A stretch of DNA of 64,000 nucleotides from positions 7,502,001-7,566,000 of the forward strand of contig OZ176055.1 of NCBI GenBank assembly GCA_964247055.1. Reading direction: 5' to 3'. How positions within the stretch are numbered: the stretch's first letter is position 1; each line of letters begins with the position of its first letter. Positions 13,701-27,447 of the stretch are shown here, piece after piece. The stretch comes from Paragordius varius. Its lineage: Eukaryota > Animalia > Nematomorpha. The translations under genes were made by a program, and so were the position numbers. The notes under the pieces were generated by a model, which was given only the letters and a program-made list of their open reading frames with translations, was not told the origin of the DNA and did not search any database.

Positions 13701-14129
13701 TTTTGATGATTTTACGAAAAAACTTCAAATTGAAAAAATATATATATCTTCGCAAATATGCCAACATATAATCGGTTTTTGGCATTTTTAAAACTATAAA
13801 CAAAAGGTTGATAATGTTATAAATCAGCCCGCATAATTAATAGCAAAGGGGTTTTCACACAAGTTAAAACATATGTTAAAGTATCAGGTTTCTAATTGCT
13901 AAGCATTTGAGTTAATATCTAAAATAGTTTTTTAATGATAATTTGGAAAGCTTTCTGAAAATTTCACATTTGTTTAAGTATTCTACCAAGTAAATATGAA
14001 AGCGTTAGTAGTAAAAATGTAAGGGATATACAATAACTAACATTTTTAAATAACTACATCCAAAGTCGGGTACAAAAAATATCCTTGAAATCAATATATT
14101 CTGATACGTAAATATATCAGCATTACCAT

Positions 14130-15150
14130 GGTGCTTTTTTGGACTTAACGAGTAAGAATATCACTTTTGTGGTTACTGCACTATATCAAAAGGCAAAATC
14201 GCGCACATTATTAATAAAATTTTTTAGTGAAAGCTAAATGTTCATTTCAAAAAATATCACAAAAATATGTCATAAACTAGCTAAATAATATTAAAAAAGG
14301 GGGTTCTGAAAACCCAATTTTTGCCGGATAAAAATGGGTTAGTTCTCTTAAAATAAACGCAAAAATGCTGAAAATGAAATTCGTTATAGTAGCTAGATCA
14401 TGGCATCAAAAAATAATATTTTTGGAAAAATGCATATTTTGGAAAAAAATATATTTTGAAATTTTGAAGCTTACTTCATACTATCTTATGCATAAAGGAA
14501 ATGGTATAAACGCTTTAAGATATCATAAAAACATTTTTCTGATTAATTTTAGAATGCTGATATCTATCACATCAAAATTTGGATTATATGTTATATCGTC
14601 TTAATTTTAATTTAATAAAATTATGTTTTATTTAAAAAACAAATTTGAAGACAAAATAACCTTTAAATTAAAATTCTGTAGTAAATTATTAGCATATAAT
14701 TATATGGAAAAAGTGTTTTTATACTATCTTAAAGCGTTTATATGCCTTTCCATTATGATTTAAAAAGTAAGAAGTACACTTCAAAAATTGTGCAAGTGGA
14801 TGAGTTTTTACAGAAATTTTTTTTAATGTCAAAATATATCATAAATTTAAAATTTTTATGACGAAATCTCGCCCTTTTGCTATTTTTTAAGAGCACTATT
14901 CCATTTTAGAAAGAGGGAAAAAATTGTGACTTTCGTAGCCCATATCTAAAAATAATTTTTTTTATAAAAATACGTTTTTTATCTGCAGTTATAATAAATT
15001 TTAATGATATTTTTTGGAATGAAACATTTAGCATCCAACAAACAAATTTTATTTAACTAAATATGCTCAAATTTACCATTTTCAGATATGCAGTTACCAT
15101 AAAAGTTTAAATAACTTTCTTAAATCAGTTAGGCCAAAACCAAAAGCACC
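14130..15150. mobile_element. Long foldback element family B copy 1 (~1.0 kb)
   Basis: Arms GGTGCTTTTTTGGACTTAAC and GTTAGGCCAAAACCAAAAGCACC. The inverted symmetry continues inward for hundreds of bp and shares blocks (ATAAACGCAAAAATGC, TTTAGCTTTC) with the copies at 25.7 and 30.9 kb. Boundaries approximate. Confidence 0.7.
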
Positions 15151-15179
15151 CTGATAATCATAATATATTTTTCTATTAA

Positions 15180-15186
<7 letters not shown>

Positions 15187-15243
<57 letters not shown>
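15187..15243. repeat. (TA)n microsatellite
   Basis: About 28 uninterrupted TA units; shorter arrays lie at ~22415-22446, ~38387-38414 and ~52088-52108. Confidence 0.95.
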
Positions 15244-15245
<2 letters not shown>

Positions 15246-18200
15246 AACAACTCAAACTGCTAAAAACAGATTTTATTGATAAAGAACTATTTCATAAAAA
15301 GCTGGATAGTGGACGATAGTGCACCATCAAAACTGATTGTTAAACAACAATATTTTCCATCAGGATATTTAGAAACACTGTATAAAAGATTAATTATTGT
15401 GGCTTTAAAATATTTAACCGTGTAGTTTAATAGGCGAGGATTGCGCCTAAAATAATTTGATGACTAAAAAATTGGGCTGTTTCGTATACCTTTCAGTCAA
15501 AGGCAACGTTTTTTCAAGAAAACGCTACATTTTCTCAAGCAATGACAACATTTTTGCAATTAACAACTGGAAAAAATGTTGCTTGAAAAAGTGTTTTTTT
15601 TTACTATAAAATTGTATACTATCACCTGACGCCTTACAACCGCATTTTTGACATAAAAATATCATAATTCATATGCCAGTAATAAAACATTAATTTAAAA
15701 TGGCTAATATTTTTATCATACATATAATTTATAATTTTTATATATAAACAGTATCAGAATCAGAAAAAACATGTTTATATAGTAGTTTGTAATTTTTTTG
15801 GAATCGATGTGGGAATGTTCGAAAAATAAATCGACATTGTTAAAGACCTAATTAACATGCAATTTAGATTATTATAAAAATAATTACATGGGCACCGTCA
15901 CATCAGTTGTTTCACTTATAATTACACTGGAAAACAAATTTTTCTGCCACTCTAGTTTTTGCATTTTCTGATATTTAGTATCATTTTAACAGTAAATCTG
16001 AAATAAAAATTATAACTTCCTTAGAAGAATTTTGTATAATTTGATTTTTGTGATTATGCGCCCTCTTTATCAAAATTTTACTAGAAAAAGTTTTTCTTTG
16101 AAAATATACAAGTAATGCCCATTTGTAATATATCATTCGAAAGAGAAATTAAAACTCTATAAAATGCATACTAATATGTATTACATCGACAGTTAATATT
16201 GGACACAAAGAGCGACAAACGCGCGAAGCGAGAGCATTTTTTTAATTATTATATTTTTAAAACTAATGGATGAAAATAGCTTAAACTTTGTTTAGATGGT
16301 GATGAATGTCCAAAAAAGATAACACAAGAAAGTTTTGATTAAAACATTTTTTATTGCTTTTAAACAGCCATTTTTAAGTTTTTTGTTTTTTAAAAATTAC
16401 CATCTCATCAATATTAATTTATTTTCTTTACGAGGCTGATAATTTCGAAATTTTAAAGATAGAGACAAAGTTTAAGGTATTTTTAATCTTTTATAGCCAT
16501 TATGTAATAAATTTACAGTTATAACTATGCATTTTAGTATCCACTAGGTAAAATATTTATGACAATAATAACTTTTATTAAAAAATCAAACCAAAAGCTT
16601 TTTCAAATATTTTTTTAAATATACTAATATAACCCTAATAATACAAGGATTGATAATTTCATTTAAACCCAATAACTTTTACATCCGATTGATCTAAATG
16701 ACTTACTACCATTTAGATAGTTTTTTGCGCTCTTTTGAATGATATAAAATACATGGCTTCATATCTAAAACTTGTAATTTTCATTTCGAGTTTAATGTTA
16801 AATCGGGGCCAAAAATTATCGATATAGTCTGATTTAAAAAAATTCTTGGGTGTTGGACCAATTTTCTTTTCAGATATACTAATTATGTACTTTAATGAAA
16901 TAAATTTTAAATTTACAAGAATGGCAGTTAAAAAGAGTCAAAATTTGTTGTCTAGTGTTATATTTTATTTCCTTTATACCAAAATTTTCGAAGGTTAAAA
17001 TATTTTCCCTTTAGTATTTTGTGTTAACCATAACCTTTTTGATGATAAAATATTAAACTTTCATCCATTAACATGATTCGTTTTTGTCACAAAGAATGCT
17101 CTTACTATTTTTGTAAAAAAGTAATTTACGATGCCACATTGTATTTTTAATAACCTAATACGAATAAGGTGTAATATCGTTTAAACAGGGCTATCGTAAA
17201 CAACATTTTCATTTGAAATGAATCTAGAAACCCCGTTGAAACATGACAAATAAATTTAAGTTTAAAAGTAGTATGGCTAATTCCTATCAATCACAAAGAT
17301 TAATATATTAATCATAGCATCCAGCCAAACCATCAACACCGGAATCATCCTTATAGATGCACCTACCAAATTATTTGAGTGGTCTTTTAGTCATAAGCAT
17401 GATGAGATAGATGGCTGTTGTCAATAGATTACTTGGCCCCCCCGTCGTGACGGGGTTTATGTGTTTGATCATTGCAATAAAAACATTTTGGTTTAACCAA
17501 CACAATGCCTGCATTTATACAGAAGGCTCTCTGGCGCTTAACCAGTTGCCAAAAACATGACAAAATATAATAATGCAAGACCCTAACTCAAGAATATTCT
17601 ATTAAAATGTGGAAGAGGTAGTCCATTAGCTTGGTAATAGGTTAAAAACTCCGAATATGTTTTCTATCCTCAAAGCCAGAGGTTGATATTGCAAAGGCTT
17701 GAAAATAAAACATTAGCTTAATAATAATCTATGATGACTGGAACCGAATCTTCATAAGCGTGTCCATTAAAAAATTGACTTGGTCAATTTAAAGCATCGA
17801 TTAATATCTAATTATTTAAATCGTTTACCTTAAATAATATAATATTAATAATAATACATACGTTCCTTTTTTATTTGTATACCAAACAAAAATTAACTTC
17901 GTTTAAATAGGATCGCATATTAATATGTTCAATTTGTTTTAAAAATATTTCAATTAATCCACCAGCCAAATTAATCATAAATAATCAAAAAACATTTAAT
18001 AAAATTAGCTATCGCAAGTCAACACTCACAGCAACCTGAAACAAAATTTAAGTGTGATTTTTTGTATGGGTTAATTTTTATAAAAATAACTTAAATGTGC
18101 ATTCGTCATTATGTATGTAACATTGGTTTTACCTAAAAATGGTAAAAGACAATTGCAACGTTGAATTAAAAGAATAATAAACTAAATTAATAAAAGATAT

Positions 18201-18459
18201 GGCCAAAAAATTTATTATGTGAAAGTTTTCATAATATTGCATGTATTTTGGTATCACATAATTTCCAAATAATATTCAATAAAACTAACTAAAGATTATT
18301 GGTTTTTTTGTGGTTTTGTCTATCTAACTTTTATGATTCAAGAAATATCAATGTTTTAAAAAAATGAAGGACATATCTACAAACAAGATTCCCCATGCAT
18401 TCAATTTCAAGGTTTGCTCAAGCATTCTTTTGTTAAAGTTTAATAAACATATTAGTAAT

Positions 18460-21400
18460 TTAATTTGTTTTTTTGAAAATTTCGCCATTCTGAGTAACTT
18501 CTATATTCTTTGAATGATTATTAGAGCCAGTTCTTTTCCGCGTTATGTCGAATACATAAACGCCCAAGAAAGTAGATAATTGTTTAACCTATGATAAAAT
18601 TTATATTTGTATTAATTGACGATTTAAAAGCAAAGTATAAATCAATATCAGATACTATTTAACACATAAAATAATTTCAATGCAAAATAATATGCATTTA
18701 AAAAGTGTTAAGGAGTTTTTTTTCGCTCCGGTGTTTTTTTCAAAGATTTAATTAAACATTGAGCATTACATAAAACTAGAGATATTATAAGCTATGTGGG
18801 GATTATAAATAGCAAAACATGACCTTGTCATAGCTACCGACTCCAATAAACTGATTTTTTTTATTTGGTCTAAATAATAAATTTAATTATTTTGATTTTT
18901 TATTGTCAATATTTATATAATATTTTTAAGCGCTATAAGGCTGTACGTCTCCCATACTTGTTCAAAGTTGTTTCAAGTTATTAAAACACATTAAAACAAT
19001 GGTCATTTAAATCCATAAAGATTAAAACGAATTTGTAACTTACTATCCGAATGCCAAAATGGATATGCGTTGCAATGGAAAATGTTAATAGGATGTACAA
19101 ACTATAAGTTTCAATATTCAGTAGCGTTTCATAGGGTTGAGAGTTCCCGCTTATTTTGTAGAAGCGACCATTTTGAATGCTCGGCAAAACATTTATGAGC
19201 CCAAACACGACTGTCAAATAGGGAACGAGGAGAAAATTAAAGGCTTTGGCCGTTGTCCCACTCATTTGTGCAATCACAATTTTGCTCTAAAAACAATGGC
19301 AATTTAAAAGGGTGGGTGTATATTTATGTTTAGATATTGTATAACAATAAAAATGTTGGTGGTTTTATTGTGTAATTAACAAAATAAATAAAGATATGTT
19401 AAATAAATTATTTACTCTTAAAACTAGAATTGAAAAATATTAATTTAAATTATATATTTTTTGGAAACTGACATTGCACATTTAATATTGTATCCACAAA
19501 AAGCTAAATCTTAAGAGGGTGTACCATCTAAAAAACTTATTGTTAAACAAATATGGCACTTATTATACTGTGAATTAAGTTAAAAATTAAATGTTTAAGC
19601 TTTGTGTGATTCAAGGCAAGCTAAATTTTGCAGTAATGGTATAATTTATACGCATAACTACACAAACAAATTATAATCAAACGAAAATTACCACAATGTT
19701 AGAATACACGGTCCCGAGAAGGAGATAAAAAGCCCTAGGTTCCCTATTCACAATATCAGTGGGAGAGTCTATGGCCCACGCAACAGAACTTACAAAAAGC
19801 AAAGCTACAGGGATTAACGGTTTTAATGCTTGGCTTAATGTTATTCGTCTGACGCTATTTCCACCATTCTCCCCTTGCTTTTTTGTTGAAGGCAATGTTT
19901 GATAATGCCTAAAATATTTAAAATACTAATTAATTCGAAGGTCTGCTTTTTTTGGTTCAAGAAAGTACAGAAATTTATGTTAAAGTTAACATATTTATTA
20001 TAGCGTATAATTATTTCAATTATACTAATTTATTTGGCTAAGATACGATAAATATATTGCTATATAAACAGGTTTACCTGTAAATGTGATACAAAGCGGT
20101 AGGCAATCCAACTCCAAAAGCACTGACTAAAAGATATAAAAACAGTTCTACAATGAATGATTTAAAAACAATATAAATTAATAACTTGAATGATGCATCT
20201 ACAAAAATATAAAATATCATGATAATATAATACTTACAAAAAACGGCATATTCCACCAAATTGCCCGGGTTCAAAGAAAATGTGCGTGTTATAGGTAATT
20301 TAAAATGCCAAAACTCATGTCCACAGAAAAAACTGATTAGGAATACCAGAGAAAGAGCCTATTAAATTAATATTACTATAAAATAACGTATAAACCCCCA
20401 CCACCTAATATCTATTATATAAATATATATATATATAATAGTTTTTGCCAAAGTATACTAAACCATCAATCTTTTAGAAGATTGTAAAAAATATTAAATT
20501 CAATAAATTAATATGCAATTTATATATGAGTATATTTGAATTTTCAAAAAGGGAAAATTTTAAGTTCTGACAAATTATATATATATATACCAATTGACTG
20601 GCATCATAGGCCCAAGGAAGGTAGAAAACTCCAGTGATATACTTTTCCCAATGTGCAATTAGGAAAACTATAAGCACGCCCCAAAGCACAAAAAAGACAT
20701 GGAGAGGCGGGAGGCCAGACAACGCGCGTCCATAAAGTGAATAAAAGGACATGGGGACAAATATAGAGGCCCAACTATCTAAACCGTGGTCAAATAGCTC
20801 TCCTAAAAAAATAGTTCAAAGTTGAAAAGATTTTAAAGAATACAATATGATGGCTAGATCACTTTAATGTAACAGCCGCTAGTTTTGAATGTTGTGCAAA
20901 TATATCTACTTAAAAAAATTTCACATATGAAAAGTAAAAATTCGTATTAACTTATAGCGTAACAATTTTGTTTAAATGCTTATAGCATTCTTTAAAAGTC
21001 AAAACGGAATTGAAGTTCATAAAATGTTCAAAATCAATTTTAAAATAAACCCTCTTCAGAATACATAGATTATAAATTAAAAAACATGGCCATTAATATG
21101 ATAAATAAATTAAAAAATAAAATAATGTGACGAAATAAGCTGTAATATACCCAAAGGTGAACTGGTACCGGTCCGCCGAGCTTGTTTCCCATCACATGAA
21201 TCTATGGTAAAATATTAAAATTAAAAGACCATATTGGAAAATATAATTTAAACTAGTATAGTTTTAAATTCTAACCTAAAGCATATGATAGAAATTGGTT
21301 GATAGAGCACATTAGCCAAACCCATCGTGGGATAGGTGGATATATATCAGGGTAAATTTTGGTTGATGCATAAAAATGGTAATCATAATACGATAAAACG

Positions 21401-21656
21401 CCAATGTTAATTACAGTTAGAAGAAACCCAATAAAAGTCATAAGATTTGGGGCAAGCCATGATGGTAAGAACTTTAAAATTAAAATAGTATTTACTTGCA
21501 CAACCCTATCCCAAATAGGATTTGTTAGATAAACGCTTAAAGGTGAACTATCCACTGAGACATACTACAATAAATTAGGTTAATTTAAACTTTGTATTTG
21601 GTAAATCCCTCTAAATGCTTTGGTTTGAGATAATTGTATTTGAGGATATGCTTCAT
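18460..21656 (-). CDS. SELENOI: Ethanolaminephosphotransferase 1 (SELENOI/EPT1 family, CDP-alcohol phosphatidyltransferase)
   Basis: Exons 21656-21591, 21564-21496, 21471-21276, 21201-21151, 20802-20591, 20358-20238, 20126-20078, 19908-19692, 19286-19044, 18588-18460. Motifs [40 protein letters not shown] (CDP-alcohol phosphotransferase signature), HWEKYITGVFYLPWAYDASQ, AQMS and HIHFGIRIVKQLS match the recalled human SELENOI sequence. Confidence 0.93.
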
Positions 21657-21747
21657 AAAAAATTTATAGTAAGAAAATGCAATAAAATATTTTAACACAT
21701 AGCAAAATCAGCATTCAATCGACATTGTCCAACATTCCTAAACTCAT
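21657..21747. promoter_or_regulatory. Putative minimal bidirectional promoter between SELENOI (-) and AGPAT (+)
   Basis: Only 91 nt separate the two predicted ATGs. Contains CAGCATT (21709), CGACATT (21720) and CAACATT (21730). Promoter function is inferred from position only. Confidence 0.5.
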
Positions 21748-22410
21748 ATGCGTGTCGAGGAGATTATAAAATTATTTTTGGACTGGTTCAATACTTGGCA
21801 AAATGCTTTTATGGCTATTTTTTTCTTACTCTTTACGATTTTTCTTTGGACCCTTTTTGCATTTCTACAACAATCCCGAAAAAAACGTCATAGCAAAGAT
21901 AGTCAAGATAATCCCATATCAAGACACTATAAACCACAAAACTTTCAACCGAATCACAATCAATCCCTTTTATTGCGATCTTTTGATGTATTCTTGTATT
22001 ATGTCAAAACTATGATATATGTTTCCGTTATATTTAACGTAAGTTTAGTTTGGCCCTTTTTTCTCCTTATGGGCCATGGTAAACGCAATCCACGAAATCA
22101 AAAGTATTTTTTTCTATAAAACATTTTAGATATGTCTATGATTTGTATTACAGAGTCTGCAAGATATTTCGTATAAAGTTTGAGGTTAGAGATTATGAAA
22201 ATTTGGAAAAATACGATTCCTACGTCATTGTCAGTAATCATCAAAGTTCATTGGATCTTTTATGTACGTCATTAAATACATATTTTTAAATAATTAATTC
22301 CATTATAATCCCCTTGATTGTAAAATACATGTGTCATTTTCCGATTTATGACCCTTTTTTAAAAAATATATCAATCTTAACTTTTTTTAATTAACCATAA
22401 TATTAAATTT

Positions 22411-22450
<40 letters not shown>

Positions 22451-25400
22451 AATAATGTACTACAGGAAAAAAATAATAAAAAATGATAAAAATAATATTT
22501 TTACTAATTTTGGTTCATTATCTACGAATGATTATAAATTAAAAATGGGCGCTTTTTAAACGATTGGAAAAGTGAATAAATAATTTAGTGTCTAGCTTGT
22601 TGATTAAAAAACTCTAATCGAAGGATCCTTAAGGGGGGTCTACCCTATTATAAAATCTCAAATTTTTTTGTATTTAGCTCAATCAACAGTTTGGCCCCAA
22701 AATTGTACAACTATTGCTAAACGAGAAGTTATTTATTTAGGTCCATTTGGTGCTTTGAGTTATGTCACCGGGGTCGTTTATATTGACCGAAAAAATTTTG
22801 AATCAGCTAAACGGACGCTCGACACTCTAGGTAATCGATTGAAACCTGAAAAGGTATATATTTTCAGTATTAAATTTTATTTTTAATTTAGTTTTTATTT
22901 TTAAAAAAATATTAGCTTATATATCAATTCAGTAAATTTTAATAAAACTTTTTATTATACCGCTTTTCTTGTAATTCTATCATTTTGTGTGTGCTGGCAA
23001 AGATTTTACTCCTAATTTTTTAACACATTTTAAAGAATATACGTTGCGTAAATAACATTTAGTAAGCCAAAATTGTGTATTTTATGATTTAAAACTAAGG
23101 CTATGATAAAAATATTAATATAATTTAACTGTTAAAAAAAATTTATACATTAATTGTATTACAATCTGTAAATTAATTCCTTTTTTTAGCTTAAAGTTTG
23201 GATTTTTCCGGAAGGAACTCGTAACCATGGCACGGGTATTTTGCCTTTCAAAAAAGGAGCTTTCCATCTTGCTGTTCAGGCTCAAGTTATTTTTTCTTTT
23301 TATTTCATATACGTATTTTACAAGTTAAAAAATCTTTTTTCTTCTAACCTCAAATTACATGCATAATAGGTTCCGATTTGTCCCGTGGTGTTTTCATCGT
23401 ATTACCCTTTTTATTGTCGTTACGAAAAACGATTTAAACGAGGTAAGTTATATGAGGTGTTTAATATAATTAGAATTTTTAGTTACGTTTTTCGATCTCT
23501 TTTTCAATAAAAAGCGACGAAAAATATGGAATTATAAATTTACAATAAATATAGAATGACAAAAATGAGTTGTTTATATATCATTTCAAATCGCATTAAT
23601 AATTTCAAAACAATATAAATGTAACAACACCATTACAACCTTAAAGCATTATAACTAGCGATAGTTTTTGCCCAAATTTTTTAATTAGCATAAAAATAGA
23701 TCCTAAAATCCAATATCTTTGGCCTTTTTTAGTTAAAATCATGAAGATATAACATTAAATTTTCTTATTATTCACTAAATAGTTTCCAAGCAGTCTTATT
23801 ATGCAAATTTTAATAAAAATATTGCTAAACATTTGAGATTTTTGATATGATAATTATAATCACTTTTATATTTACAAATACTTTTACTTGCATAAAATAT
23901 CCTTTAAACCATTTCCCATATTTTTTTACATGAATAATATATTTATATGGTCACTTTGGAGTTTGCCTTTATTTTTAAGTAAAGATCTAAGCATTTTTTA
24001 TTCATTAAAGGGAAAGTTATTGTAACTTGCTTACCACCCATCCCCACGGCCGGTTTAACCTACGATGATGTGGAACAATTAAGTCACAAGGTTCGTCATT
24101 TAATGGTCCGGGCTTTTATGGAAAGTAGTGCTAATGCATACCCAAGCTATTTCGGCCTAGGGACTCCATTAAGAACTCGTTGGGATAAATTGGAATCCGA
24201 ATATGAGGAAAGATTGATTGAAAAATTGCGTAAGTTTGTTTGCTTTATTTTGGTTTTTTTGGTCACTAAGAAAAAAGAAGTTTTGACAAAATTGATTTAA
24301 ATTTTTGTTGGTGGTATTAAGTTGGATTTGATCGGTAAAGGCGAATAACAGATAAATACTTAGTTCAGGTATAAAAATATAAAAATTGCAATTTAAACCC
24401 AATGATGCGCTCGATCGCACCCTCTGCAAAAAAGCCATAAAGACCACGTTCAAAACTGAAGGGTATCCCTAACTCGACGAGTGTTAATTGTATAATTAGG
24501 AATTAGATGTAAAAAATTTAAAAAACTTTATTTTCAAAATTTTCTTTATTGACATTGATTTTTGATTGTTCCTGTTAAGACTGATTTGTTTGGTTCTTTT
24601 TTATTTTTATTTTGTTATAATATATATTTTCATTTATAGTAATAAGGATAAGTTTCTGAATTAATAAACGGTCAGACCTGTTATTTGCGGTTAAAACCTA
24701 ACTCTAGTTGGTGATTTATTTGAAAATAGTCTATTATTTATGAGTTCAAAGGTCAGTATTTTTTATTTATTTTAAAACTAAACTGTCTTTTATCTTCATG
24801 GTCCTTAGATCATAGAATTGATGAATTTATGGAAAGTTTTGATGATACCAATATTACACAAAACATGCCATCAGCCACAGGTATGATGAATGATGATATA
24901 AAAAATAATGATACTAAAAATCAAGGCGATACACCCAATTCAAACCAATCAGTGCGATCAGATATGAAGGCCCGTCATCAATATAATGAGGAGTCTAGCG
25001 ATGTTTTTACCTTTGATACCCATGACATGATTCGTGATTTTATAAATTATAACTCAGACACGGCCTCTGATTATAAAAATTCCACTTCCCTATACGATGG
25101 AAATAGCAAAAATGTTCAAAATATCGTTGTCACAAAAGATGTAAAATCATCCCAAAAAAATAATAGCGACATTGGAGCACCACAAAATACTTGTCAAGCA
25201 GGAAATAATGTTTGCAGTAAAAACACATCACCTAAGCGATTATCTCCAACTACCCCTAAAATAAAACCGTTCATAAGTTCGACGGGAGATCCGGTCATAG
25301 ATAAATTATTTGATCAGGAGAGATATCAAGAAGGTATACAAGTATAAACGGGTATTTTTTAAACATTTAATTAAAGTCGCATGATTGTAAAAAATTCTCC

Positions 25401-27447
25401 AGTATTGCACAGAAAAAGCTCTAAAAATGCTATAAAAATTGTATACAAATATGTTTTTATGAACTAATATTTACGTTTAGCGATTTTATTAGCTTTTATT
25501 TCATTTTATAGGTGATTTGATCTATGCGCAAACGTTTTATACTACTTCAATAAAATTAACTTACTAAGTATCAGCTTAAAAGATGTGAAGACATAAGCAA
25601 ATAGCTAAAGATTTTATATTAATTATAAAAAATGTTGCGATAAAAACTTTTAATTCATAGTCTTTTTTTTGTTTCTTATATTAAAACTTTCCTCATTAAA
25701 TAATATGTGACCTGCAAATATACACAGTCACCAAAAAAATATTTTTATAGAATATATTGTATCATGATTTTTAAAGTGCTTTTGGTTTTGGGCCTTACGA
25801 ATCATTTAAAAAAAATACACTTTTGTGCTAAATACCTTTTATCGAAAAATGGTATTTGCACACATTATACTAGATAAAAACATTTTTATAACTAACTTTA
25901 TTCCAAAATCATTAAAAAATATCATAACTTATAATTAAAAAAACAAAACAATGTTTGTAGTAATTTTAAAATAGACGTAGACTCCGAAAAGCACCTCCCT
26001 CTCTAAAATAGGCTTGTTTTCTCAAAATAAACGCAAAAATGCCGAGATTGGGCGATGACAATTTTTAATATATGCTAGATTACAAAGTGTCCACAAAATA
26101 TATCGATGATATATAATATATATATTTTGATGTGAAAATGTATTATAATTTAAAAATGTTATTCACACTTTTATAGTAAAGGCATATCAGAAATTGGCAA
26201 AATTTGCTCACATTTTCTAAAATAAATTTGTAGTGATAGCTTAATGCCTAATTCCGAAAAATATCTCTAAAATATATAAACCACATAAAAACGCAAAGCA
26301 ATAATTTTTTAAAAATATTACTTTATAGATGTAGGCAAAGCCCCAATTTTTTTCGCGTTTCTTTTGCCTAGATCTCGTAAAATAAACGCATGCCCAGATT
26401 GCGCGTTAAATATTTTAAAATTTGAAATCAACTAAAATTTTTTAAAATGCCTTTTTTCAAAAATTTAATTTTTAGCAAATTTTGTTGAAATGCTTCATAC
26501 TTATTTGAGGAATGAAAGAAACAGTAAACCGCTTCAAATTGATTTAAAGGTTTGTTTGCGTTCCAATTATGGTGTATTTTTTTAAAAAACACATTTTATT
26601 TTTAACATAAATTTGAAAACAAATATTTTCAAGATTCTGTGATGGAAATGTTCCGCATCATGAAAATACATAGAAGAGTGTTACAATATTCTAAAGCGTT
26701 TTTATACCGTCCATCATGCTTCAAAATAGTATGAAGTAATATATAAATTTTTTTATCGCGAATCGGCATTTGAGTTTATTTTAAGCGTACTAGCCCATCT
26801 TATAAAAGCGAAAAAATTTGGGATTTTCGGAGCCCATATATAAAAATTCAAATTTATTAAAAATTTTGTTTTAGATTTAGTTATTGATATTTTTTGAAAT
26901 GAAGTTTTTAGCTTTCACTAAAAAAATTTTGTTTAACAAAATGTGCGCAAATTTTGCCATTTTCTATATGGGGCATTTACTACAAAAGTGGTTACAACTT
27001 TTTATATCAGCTTGGGGGCGAAACTAAAAACACCATGACAATCCTGATGATTTTCATATCAGAATATTTATATTTCATTTAAATTTTATTAGAATTCCCG
27101 ATCTTGGACGCAAAAAAAAATTTTTGAAAAAATTCTTACTTAATTTTAAATTTATATGGCAAAATTTTGTTGGAGCATACTTTATGCAATTTTGAAGCAT
27201 ATAAAATCAAAATGTTATATTCACATATATATCTATTTTTTCCTATTTTGCATGATTTAGGAAAAGGATTTTGCGGTAATTTTTTCTTTGTCGCATTTTC
27301 ATCCTAATTTAATTTAAATGTAAAGTTTTTTATTTCTTTTTAGGCATAACAGATCCTGTTACACAATTCCTGGACAAAATTGTGCAAAAAATCCAAAATC
27401 ACTCCCCTTCATCTTCGCCAAACAAACCCTCGATGAAAAATACATAA
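21748..27447 (+). CDS. AGPAT: 1-acyl-sn-glycerol-3-phosphate acyltransferase (AGPAT1/2, PlsC family) with long C-terminal extension
   Basis: Exons 21748-22103, 22130-22263, 22678-22853, 23190-23285, 23370-23442, 24011-24229, 24809-25333 and a probable last exon at 27344-27447 (alternative 25512-25567). Motifs [51 protein letters not shown]. Confidence 0.93.
25721..27075. mobile_element. Long foldback element family B copy 2 (~1.35 kb, in last AGPAT intron)
   Basis: Left arm AAGTGCTTTGGTTTTGGGCCTTACG and right arm GGGGGCGAAACTAAAAACACC, with internal blocks shared with the other family B copies in mirror orientation. Boundaries approximate. Confidence 0.7.

Noticed and set aside
17240-17800. 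Higher-GC stretch with an IYTEGS (RNase H-like) peptide
   Set aside because: It has multiple stops and only one weak motif; probably an old TE remnant, but I cannot support a family.
18000-18460. SECIS element or alternative Sec-coding last exon for SELENOI (strong acceptor near 18036)
   Set aside because: There is no proper SECIS core and no in-frame UGA; the downstream acceptor yields only VAVSVDLR*.
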